DNA of 64,000 nucleotides from Lingula anatina (lineage: Eukaryota; Animalia; Brachiopoda). The stretch is from positions 58,692,788-58,756,787 of the forward strand of contig CM120640.1 in NCBI GenBank assembly GCA_051362555.1, in the 5' to 3' direction. Positions 12,199 to 23,558 of the stretch are shown here, one piece after another; the stretch's first letter is position 1, and every line of letters begins with the position of its first letter. The position numbers were made by a program, and so were the translations under genes. Under the pieces are notes generated by a model that was not told the origin of the DNA, ran no database searches, and saw only the letters and a program-made list of their open reading frames with translations.

Positions 12199-15100
12199 AA
12201 TTAAATAAGGCTGGTACTGGTATATGTTTAGCACTGCAGCCACTTTCAGAATGATTTAAATAAAAATGGTCTAGTTTTAACTTTTAGAAGTAGACACAGT
12301 TCAATCATCCTGTAATTTTGCTAGGGAATAAGTGTGCTGATCACTTCTCTCAAAGATTGTTTTTAAGCAAGGCCATTGACTGGTATTATAGGGAAATAAA
12401 AATGGATGGCACTGCAATTGGCTGTAGAAAGTCCCTTGGTGTAAAACAAAAATTATCACTTTTAGAAAGATGGGTATTTGCCAGGAGGTTTAGTACTGTT
12501 CATTAAAAGAATTATATGATAGATTCATCAAAAGGAGGAACACTGTAATTGAAGTTAATGTAAGCAAAGGGTTAAATAAACATGGCTGATGTATCACCTG
12601 TGCTACCTTGGGGAAATATGGAGATGAATCCTTCATCAGGAGTTTACATTGCGTGCTACAGATTTCTTTGATCTTTGCTATAAGATACTGGCAACATGTG
12701 ATAGATAAAATACATATTTTTCAGATGAGTTATTTCATTTATGTCAGATTCTGGTGATGAATTTGCTAAGAAAGCTCTTTTTTTGATTTAGTGATTAAAC
12801 AGATCTAAAAAGTAGCCTAGTAGTTCTTTGTTTTAGGTCATTAGGGGAGTTTAGGATCTAAAAGTGCATTTGAGAGGTACTTCAAATAAGTAATGCTGTT
12901 TAATGGTTGCTATCTCCCTGTTTCAGCTTAATTTACTGTTAAGATATCGCTTGAATGTATATCTTAATTCAACTGTTAGCTGAGAGAAACTGGACGTGAT
13001 ATTTTTCAAGAAGATTTTATTATCAGGAAAAGATGAGGTTGAAAACGGATGAGTTTTAAAGTGAATTTGGAAGTTCTAGGCTGGATGAAAAGGATGATCA
13101 GATCTCTATCCCATCACTTATTAAGTTTTACTCAATAGCCTTTTGTGCTATACATAATCAATACAAAAACAGTGTCAAATTTTTGACAAAAAAACAGAAC
13201 TTACCCATCTCCTGTTTTTTCTGAATTCTTCAAATATTCAGAAAGTTGTGTTTATTTTAAGATTTCCATTTTGGTGATAAAGTAAATAAAAGGTTCTTAA
13301 TTTTAAGAGAACTAAAAAAGAAGTTTGGTGATGTATTTGAGCAGTGGCTCCTTACCTTGTAGGTTATGATCAGTCCTCAGCTTACTTTTTGGCAGGAACT
13401 AGCTCAGACCAGGCAGCACTTTCCAAGGCACTCTGTTCTTGAAGGATAGTGCCACACCATTTAAACTGAAGATTGTGACAGTGGGGAGAATGTCACTGAC
13501 TCAATTGATCTCAATTATAGAAATGCTGTTTGGTGACCTGATTGGTCCAGATACAATCTCTGTGAATTTTGCATCAACCAATGACAATTGAAGATTTGTG
13601 CAAGATCTGAAAATGAATTTTGCATAATGAAAAACTAAAGCATGGATTAATTACTGAAATGTGCATATGTAGGGTATATATGATAGGATTTTACCAATCA
13701 CACAGCAGAATCTACATACTGATGTAAAAAGATAAGTCGTGATGGGAATGGAAAAACGGGAAGATTATGAGCTATCTTGGATCAGTATGTGATGTCTATG
13801 TCTAGACACTGATATGGCCTCATGAGATGATTAAGTTAAGAGTCCTGCAACAAGATGAAATCATTCTTAGTTTTGAATTATACATAAGTTGCCAAAGTGA
13901 TCAAACAACACCTAATTAACCCCACTCAGTTAAAAGTAATGTTCATGAAAAAAAGGCTGACAGATTCAAAGATGTATATTGTTGTATCTTGTCAATGAGA
14001 AATGTATTCATAATCACAATAAACTTATTTTTGAAAAAAATTTGCAGAGAGATATTTCTTTGCTGCTACATTTCTGTGTGATTTATCTTAAGATGCTGCT
14101 ATTGTCTCTTTTCTCAAATTAAGTGAAATTTGTAGAATTGCAGTGTTTAAATGATTGCATTAAAATACAAAATTTGTTTTTAAGGATTTTATAAGCTCTG
14201 ATCATGAAGACTTACTAACCCATTGTTTGTATTTTTCTTATTCTACTTAGTTTTGTAAAACACTCATGTTACTTGGCTATATGTTATTAAGCAAATGTTA
14301 GTGCACATTTTGTTATTTGCAGTGTGTGCAATATCTGCCAATCATAATATCTGGGTAGATCTTGGAGAGATAGCTATAGCTTATTGACCAATTCATAGTT
14401 TTGCTGTGGAATTTGTTTGAGCAAATACTATATATTTGAACTGCTCCAACTTTGTTCTAATAATAAGTTCCTTTTTGTTTAAATTTATGTATTTATTTCC
14501 TCATATCTGATCAGACATGTTGTAAAATCAGTTTGCATACCAGACTTCTTTATGTTTGGTTAGGCATATTAATTGTTTCCATGCAGATTTTGACATCTTC
14601 ATAAATTTGTGAATTTATGGTAGTTCATTATAGAGCAAGTTAAAAGGGAAATTAGTAGATAACTCACAGGAAATGAAACCACAGTTTTTCCTTCAGTGAG
14701 CAGTTAATGAAATGAATTGATGTTATATTAATATGTGTGAATTATGTGATTATTTTGTGTCAGATGTTTACCAAGAACAATATATCCAGAGAGTTAAATT
14801 ATGTTTAGAAATAACAGATTTTAAAGAAACCATTAAAATAAAGTTTGATCATGGCAAGAATATAGAATTAACAAAATGAATGGAATGAGATAATATAATT
14901 TTTCTTATTAAACAAATCATGCATCACTTTATGTACTTACATAGAAATGCCCAACTTCTCATAAGAACATTCTAATTATTCCATTGGCATCATTCATTTA
15001 AAGTTAAGCATGAGTAGATCTCTTTTTCGTGGACAGTTAAAATATACTATTATCATTACTAATTTATCTTTCACATAATAAAGTCCTTTCTACCATTTAT

Positions 15101-17661
15101 ATTTTTTTCCATAACATCCTTATAGATCTTTCAAAATCCTATGGAAATTGACCAAAGCAATCTGGGAGAAAACCTAGATTGCACCTGTTTATCATGTGAC
15201 ATTTAAGCATGAGTAAACACATCTTGTAAAATTGTAAAAATCATTTCCTCTTTGAAATTGCTTAGTCATATTTTTGCTTCTATTTCTGTTTTAATTCTTA
15301 CATATTACCAAATACCATTGGCAGTGTTATTAATGGCTTTACTAACTTGTCTGCAGAGATGCATGTACCAAAATCTTTTACATAATATCACATCCTTCAT
15401 TGAATAGAGAAACCACATTTTCTGTAATTATTCCATCTGGCATGATCTTTTTTTGATTAAGATTACTAATGACTTGCTATGATTGTGCCACGTGCAAATG
15501 GTTACATGCATTCATAACATCATTCTTGGTCTCATATGAACATTGTGCAAGATATGGATTAATTTTCTTTGCGAAATTACTGGGTGGAAGCTGTAATTGA
15601 AAAATAAAATTGAACACCTAGTTCTTTTGTGCACACCCTGAATGTGCAATAGAACACTATGGAAATTTTGCAATGTTCATTCTCATGAATTTGCTTTTTG
15701 TGTATTTTGAAGGTATGGTCCATGCATCATGTCTTGGAAGTGGCTAGGTTCTGTTAAGTTCTGTGTTGGTATCAGATTGGGCAATCAGGAATATCAGACA
15801 GTTACTTGATGTTGTTTTAAATAATTGTTTATTTATTTTATTGAAGACAAACTACTAAGTATCTATAATTGAATATTAAGTGGCTATTCTTTCCACTTTT
15901 CAGATTTGACAGATGGATGAGGATGGTAGAAATTGCAGTGTAATATTTTTGGAAGAAACCCCCTATTACCCCCTCTGAAATGATGGTTTAGTGTTAATAA
16001 CTTCATTACATTGGCATCACACACTGAAAGATTACAGTTCCACGTCAGTCTAAATTCCCTTTCATGAGTTGTGATTTGTTTCCTGGTAATGATGAGATAA
16101 GAACTTGTGCACCAATGGTTATGTTGCCTACACATGAGCAAAAAAATTGAACTTTGCATTCATGCATTGTCTAGGGTTTCCATCTTAATTACTGCAGGCT
16201 ACTTTAATGGAAAGATGCTCTTTGGATATTCAGCCATCACCTGTGTGACATTGTCATGCACTTTTCTTGTTAACATCATTAAAGAAAAACTCATTTATTG
16301 TTCTCAAACTTAAAGATGATTTTTAGAACTAAAGTACGGTTTTAGTTTTTATTTATTTATTTATGTATTTATTTAATTTTATTTATTTTTTTTAAATTTA
16401 TTTTATTTATTTTTTTTTTTTTGAAGTCGTGTCCATACCTATCATCATTGACAGTTGCAAGAGAGGGAGATCTCGTGTGGCCTACCGCCCCAACACACAT
16501 CTGTGAAGAAAATTGATAATTTATGCAAAAACAATTAAAGGGTTCTCTCCAAATCTTGCTTTATTTTATGCTAATTTGTGAGACTTCAAGATATCTCAGA
16601 TGATCCCCTTCGTGTAATGCAGACAGAGATTTTAATGGTCTCAAACAAGAGAAAGCTTGTTAAATTTATAATGTGGAATATATTTAATTATATTTTTCTA
16701 ATGCTTTATTGAAAAACATCAAACAGACAAATAGTAATAGATAATTTATAGTATTGATAATATTTTAAAGACCTGTGTGGCTCAACTATAAATGCCTGTT
16801 GAATAAGCCTTTCCTGTGTTATTAAATTTGTCAGATGCCAATCGTAATTCTCTAGATATTCTGATGTTTAAAATTCTACCCACTGCAGAAAATCCCTTCC
16901 TCAATCATGGTCAAATTTCCCTTGTTTCACAATAAATCACAACTTTCTTTTTGTCACACAGACAGATGACTTTTTTCCTCTCTCCAGTAACAAACCTAAA
17001 TGTTAAGAACCCACTGTGCTAACGACTCCCATGGGTAGTCTCTTCTGTCAGCTAGGATCGGGTTTCGTTGTCTGTCAGCTGATAAGTTCATGGCAATTTG
17101 ACAAGATACGACAATAGAATAATTTCCTCACTTCATTAAAAGGTGTCTATGTAGTTCATTTCCAACCATCATGCTTTTCCCAAGTGACGGCCATTATGTG
17201 ATTATGAAGTGCTTCCTCACAATTTGGTGAACATGCAACAAATCTAAGTATCTGTAACTAGGAGAAATGTAATTCTTGTTTTTGGGTAATTATGTTTCTC
17301 TGATTAAGTTTAATTCCATACCCCTTTTTGTATAATGCTGAAAGTTTTGTTTTAGTTGATGTAAAGCGTATCCCAATAGTCTAAAGATCAATACTAATAA
17401 GCCTATGGACAAGTGAACCCTCAGACCATTGATCCCTCTGTCTCATAGGATACACCCATTGAATATCTCTGATCAAGAAAAAAAGCATGTGATAAACCTA
17501 ATTGTTGTTGTTATTGATATTATTAGCTAGGACAGGATGTATGGTATATTATATAATACTATATGGCATTTTGATATGGAAACTAATTTTGGTGGTCATA
17601 CATACCAAAAGCAGAGAGTAGAAAATAAGGCTTCATTAATTTTTTCTATATCTTTTTCCAG

Positions 17662-17872
17662 TTATCGTGATACCTCTCATACTGACTTTGTTCGTGGTGT
17701 GTCATGGTGCCAAACAACAGGATTTCTCTACACCTGTGGCTGGGACTCCACTGTTAAGTCACATGACATGAAAGGAAGAAGTGAGGAAGGGATGGCAGTG
17801 GAAGTAAATGGAGTGGTGCAGAACAATGTGGAATCTTATAGTGATAAAGTCAAATGTGTTGGAAAGTCCTAG
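17662..17872 (+). CDS. WDR77: Terminal coding exon of WD-repeat protein WDR77/MEP50 (methylosome protein 50); upstream exons not found in the window
   Basis: Acceptor tctttttccag| precedes YRDTSHTDFVRGVSWCQTTGFLYTCGWDSTVKSH. This matches the last WD40 blade of MEP50 as I recall it (HRDFVRDATW…TVGWDHQV). Stop TAG ends at 17872. Confidence 0.75.
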
Positions 17873-18241
17873 CATCGAACCAAAATATTAGTTAACAATA
17901 CTTATACAATCAGTTTCAAAGATAGGCTGCAGATTCTCAAAGTATTCCTGCCCAAAACATCTATATGATGGTTTACAACTTTTCTTGTTTTTCAATAGTG
18001 TTATTATGTATTTTTATTCTGTTTAGGCTAAATGATTTATGTGTTTTGATTCTTGTCCAAAGTATCAAATATCATCATACTTATGACTTATCTTAGGTGT
18101 GCTTCTCCTGGATTTGATACCGTTTATGTTTGTAACTTCACCCCAGGATGTCGGATTAATCTGAGGTAAACATTACAGATTAAAAATGAGAAAGGTGATC
18201 TCATGCAGAGTTGCCAGCTCAGCACATTTCTGCTTTTTTAA

Positions 18242-19000
18242 TTTTTTTATGTTCAGACACGTGTCTGTACATTTAGCTGTCACCTGAGTCTGTCGTCGCC
18301 ATGGAAATAACAGTTCCTTATTATCCTCAAACTCAATGGGGTTATTCATATCATGTTAATACAGCTAAATTAAAATTTGAATAGCAGCTTAATTGGTATA
18401 TTTTTGTGTTTTCTTTTTTAATTTTTTTATTTTTCAAACACTGTCATTTTCAAGATGTGACTTTTCACTCCCATTCAGCTGAAGCTCTGTATAAGGGCGC
18501 ATTCCCATAGATTTTAGATCGATCTATCCCCATGGGGAGTCTCACTAGATTACTGTCAGATAATCTGGCTTAAATGTCCGTCCCGCCTACTACAAGCTGT
18601 AAGGGGGTAATTAACTTTCGTGTCCGCTCGGCTGACAGCTATTTAATGTGAACCCCCAGGGAGTTAGGTCGATCTAGTTGGATCGATCTAATCTCTGGGA
18701 ATGGGGTCTAAGTAACATTTTCTGTATTTCCACATAGGCAATAGCATTGGTGTTTATGCCATTAAGCATTATGTAATATTGTTTTATGCACAGTCATCAT
18801 TTTTTACATATTGATATTTTCATTATGTGATTTGAACTCTCATATATTCTTATTGTCCATGTTACCTGTTGTGCATGATTAAAATTTGGTGTTGATTGAC
18901 TTTGATATAAGCATTATTTATTGCACCAAAATTGACAACCTATTTTCTGCACTTGTATTTGGTGCTTTTTGTCTGTACATTTGACAGCTTTGCTGCTTTG
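18242..19000 (+). mobile_element. Helentron/HINE-like repeat, copy 2 (interrupted by a family A MITE)
   Basis: Same 5' end as 5190 (ttttatgt.cagacac…gtgtctgtacat…tcacctg.gtctgtcgtcgcc) and the same downstream block (ctgtacatttgacagctttgctg). Confidence 0.55.
18495..18708. mobile_element. PIF/Harbinger-type MITE, family A, 214 bp
   Basis: TAA target-site duplication (18492-94 / 18709-11). Imperfect TIR GGGCGCATTCCCATAGATTTTAGATCGATC / GATCGATCTAATCTCTGGGAATGGGGTC. Near-identical inverted copy at 25737..25951. Confidence 0.88.
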
Positions 19001-20414
19001 TTTCTCAATAAAGAAACATCTGAAGGTTGCTTCCTTAAAACCCTCCATTCATTTTCAAATAAAATTAGGAATGCAAAATGTGGCCAATGAAAAATCCTTA
19101 CATTTAATTTGTGTGTGCAGGTGTCTTCAATTTGTTATCAGCAGAGATCAGTTATGTATGTGTAACTCCATTAGATGTTAGATAATTCAGAGTCGGTCTT
19201 ATTTGAAATACTATTGGGTTTTGAACATTGCAATGATGAAGTCCCATTTCTTTTTGAGTTAGAGGAGTGTTCACATACCTATCAATTATGTCAGTTTCAT
19301 TTTCTCAAGAAAATTGAATAAAAATTGTGGTAGGCATAGTTGACTAAGTTTGTACCATAAATTCATGGCAGTTTCATGTTAAGCCTGTACCAGGTTTATA
19401 GTTAACATGAGTACTTTTGATGTTCTTTATTTGCTTGCACATGAAATACATAACAGATCTGTAAATTTTAAATTTTTGAAAATTCCAGTTAGGAATGACC
19501 GATCTGAATACAGAATAAACTAAGCAACAATTTTGACATTGTGCCCATTCAACTTTTTTCCTGATAATGTGTAATAAAGAGCCGGGAGGGACAATAATGA
19601 GGGAATGAGTCACCATGAAAGCAAGGGTGCCATAAGTGTACCTCACATAATTTGTTGGTAAGTTACAAGACAATGGGATCAATTCATGTACACCAGTGAC
19701 ATGTTATCAGTTAAGCTTAGATTACATTTGACACTGGCACCATACAATGAAATTGTATACAAATTTCAGTACATTTTTTTTTTTTTTTTTTTTTTTTTTT
19801 GACATCTTAAGTAGCTACGGGCTATGGCCAGTACATTAACATTACATGCCAGGGCAGTATTTCTATGACATTACCTCACATGGGAGGAAAAGTCAGTTGA
19901 AAAAGGGATATACGGAGCCCTTTCAGTCTCTGTGCAGTTGACGTATGCCTTCCATGCAATTTTCTTAAAGATTGAACTATTGTTGGTACAGCATTAATAT
20001 GATTTTAAGCACTCATGTGGTCAGAGTAAGGAAACCAACTTTTTCACAATCACAGAAGGTAGAAGTAAAAGAGGTCAACAGTCAGTTCCATCAATATCAC
20101 GATCACAGCAAGTTCACTAGAAAATGTCCATACGAGGATTGTACAATGCCATCTGTGATAATGCTACAGCCTGTAGGCCTACAAATTTGTCAAAAGCTTT
20201 AGTTTGACAAAATCATCAAGGCCACAAATCTGTGATTTTATACAATTTCACACAGTTTTCTGTGGCTTACTGAAAAATGGGTTCCGCGTATCAGTAGCCC
20301 TGAGGTAGCGCTTTCTGCATTGTTCATTACAGCAAACTTTTATTTCTTGCTTATTTCTTGAAAAATTCAAGCATATATTGCTACTGCTTTACACAAGATC
20401 ACTCCCTTACTGAG

Positions 20415-20535
20415 AGATATGAATTTGGTAAAGACGTTGGAGATTTTATTCTTTTTTCCATGTAAAACAATATGGGATATTGTTTTACATGGAAAAAATA
20501 ATAAAATCTCCCACATCTTTACCAAATTCATATCT
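20415..20535. repeat. Near-perfect palindrome, 59-bp arms with a 3-nt (GGG) spacer
   Basis: agatatgaatttggtaaaga…ccatgtaaaacaatat-ggg-atattgttttacatgg…tctttaccaaattcatatct. It explains the mirror-image ORFs 20367..20552(-) and 20419..20667(+). Confidence 0.9.
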
Positions 20536-20823
20536 TTTCCTTTTACATCCAACTTGGATACTTGTAGTATATTTATTCCACAAATCTGTCAGCTCAACAT
20601 TAATGAAATAAAGAAAATGCACCAGAGTTTATTGCAAAATGACAAATACCAGACACCCACCATGTAATTAAGGGCAGTCAAATTGAAGAAAATAAGGATA
20701 TGAAGGTATTCTCAAAGGTATTCTTGTACAAATGAGAAGATGAGAATAAAAGGACCAATTTCACTTATACTTCCGTTTTTTGGTGGTAAGCAGTATATTG
20801 CTGTCCAGTGCATCTAATTTCCT

Positions 20824-21300
20824 TGACTGGGAATTATGAACTTTAAGCTAATAAGTATCACAGATTTTGTTGAAAGGTATGGGAATTATGTAAGTGGATA
20901 AAAGCACTTCCCCATTTTTGTTTCAAAGTACGTAGGATAACCCTATTGGTGTATCAAGATATTGTTGCTTTATTTGGGAATAAAAAAAGAGGAATAAGAG
21001 TTGATTAAAAATTAAAACTAGCATTAAAACTAGGTTGCAAAACTTGACTACTGTAAAAAATAAAAGTACTGTTTGCTTTGTAAAATTGCATTTGCTCCTG
21101 TCACTGTCTCACACACTACCCATTTACATTCATATTCGCTCTGACTAGGAAACATGAACTTCAAGCGAATAAGTATCACAGGTTTTGAGAAAAGCATGGG
21201 GTTTATGTAAGGTGATAAAAGCAATTTTCTGTTTTTGTTAAATAGGATAACCCTGTTGGTGTTTGATGATATTTATGCTGTCTTTGGACATAAAAAAAGA
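20824..21300. repeat. Diverged ~165-bp direct repeat, period about 318 bp
   Basis: atgaactt.aagc.aataagtatcacag…gataaaagca…taggataaccct.ttggtgt…taaaaaaaga at ~20824-20990 and ~21142-21300. Confidence 0.7.
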
Positions 21301-21616
21301 AAAAGGTGGGGCTGGATAAAGATATTTCGTTTCTCTAAATGTCAGGTATTGTGGGAACGTGTTTAACTAGGCTGGTGCTAATCTAGCCCCACCTTCCATA
21401 ATTGTCTTTTTCCTAAATGGACTCTTTTGTCATGATGTTTGTACTAATCAATTTTTTTTATTGTGAGGTACCATCCTTAAAACATATCAGGTGACTTCAT
21501 TCCAGTTGTTGAAAAAAAGCAAAAATGTATCTTTTATGTTTCTCTTTGGATTATAAAATTGCCTATTTGATAAATTATCCTTTCAGAATACAAAAAGTGT
21601 GGATTAATTATGGATA

Positions 21617-21745
21617 TTAAAGGGATAATAACTCTTCGTTTTGGCCACAAAATGAATTTTCCTGGAGTAAACAACAATTTTCCCATACTTGCCAATGGTT
21701 AATGAATCCACTTTTACATTCAAAGTTAGACCCTGGTTTTTTTCT
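21617..21745 (+). mobile_element. Kolobok-like repeat left end, copy 2
   Basis: Matches 1043..1170. Confidence 0.55.
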
Positions 21746-23558
21746 AAAAAGTTTGGTTTTTTGTTAAAATCTCTTAAGAGATTATAACAGAGTATAGCCA
21801 TCAATGGAGGTCAGGTGGTCTGAAGCATGCTCAAATATCAGAAAAATAGCTATAACTGCTGTTTTTGTCGTAAAACAAAATATATTATATTTCTATGAGT
21901 TATTCACAATGTTTTTATTGTGAAAAACAAACAAACAAAAATAAAAATAAAAAAAATGGGGAGGGGATTAACATTTGTGCTTATCTCTCAAACTTCAAAG
22001 ACCTGCCCTTTCTTAGATGTGAAAATAACCTGTCAGAAGTAAAATATAGCTTTATTCCCAGTTATTTCTCTTTCAAGGTTGCAAATACATTGTGAAAATC
22101 GCAAAAGCAATATTTGTTAGAATGGTCCAATGGTACTAATTATTTGGATTGTATTTTAGCCCGTGAAGGATTTCCAGGATGACCAGTTATGGCAGAATGT
22201 GCAGATAAGACAAGTCTGCATTTGTAATGAAGGAGCCCCAAGCAACAATATGCACCCTGTTCTTATAGGCCTTATTGCTAGATATGGCAATGGCTACACA
22301 GGCTGTCATAATGTCCAGCTGTTCAATGTTGATAAAAACTGTTGCAGGTCTTATAGATTTTATGATGATTAAAATAAAAAAAAGAGAGAGAATGAAAACA
22401 CTTTAGCTGGTTTGCAGTATTTATTGCCTACATTTATACTGGAACAGTCGCAGCACTACATCAGAAGTTCTCACATTAAAACTTTCTGTGTGTTTCCACA
22501 GCATTAGTACCATTTTTCACACCAAGCACCCATATTATAGTCGATCTAACTAATACCTATAATGATAGTCAATTGGCATAACCTTTAATTAGCAAAATTC
22601 TATTCATAAACAATACCATTTCATTTGTGCTTATGGCATTTCTTAAAATAGCTCCATGCAAAAATAAGAACTTGGACTGAACTGGAATTGTGACAAACTG
22701 TTTAAGTAGGTAATTGTCCAGTCAATCAATCTATCATAAGGAGTGAAATTTTAAACCGAATGAATGTATTGCACTTGATAAATATGAACCACATTGTCTC
22801 TAACAATCTTGCAAGTTTATTAGCTAGAAGGTTTGATAAAGTGCTGCACTATTCCATGTACATGATCTTAGACAACTTTTTACTTCTTGAACATCCGCTG
22901 CAGCTCCCATATTATATCTTCCATTACATCTATAAATGCACATCTTCGTCAGTTGGCAACTGGGATCCAATGTCTCCTTCAAAATAACCAGCTAACTGAA
23001 GCATTGACCAATAATTCAATGCTGTCTAATACCATGTCCAATATTGGTTTCCTTTAATAGAAGGTATAGGCTTAATATTATATACTGTTTCATTAAAAAA
23101 TAACTGCCTTTATCTTAGTTTCATGCTGCATTAAATTAAAACCTTCACATTATCACTTTCTGCAGTAGTTTTTCTTGCAATGACCACCGTTTCCACACAG
23201 AATGATGGAAAAAAATATATGCCTTGTACTAAAGTGTACAAGTATCTAATCTCATATCAACATATTGAGAAAATGGTAATGACAAGATTTTAGGAACAAT
23301 TTGAAAAATGACCTAGCTTCAACTTGTGTTTGCTCCTCAATGAACCCCAGAATTTTGAACTCGAGTTATATGGTTACCAGCGTTTGTCAACTCAACTAAT
23401 AGGAATGTCAAATGACAAAGATAAATATGTGTACATCCTAAGAAAGACTGAACACCATAAAATCAAGTACATAAACTTGGGGGTTTTTTAAATTTATTTA
23501 TAAATTGTCACTAGCTTGAAACTTGTTTTAGAGCAACAGGGAGCTGTGGTAGAATGAC

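Noticed and set aside
20367-20667. Two near-identical ORFs on opposite strands
   Set aside because: Artefact of the DNA palindrome at 20415..20535.
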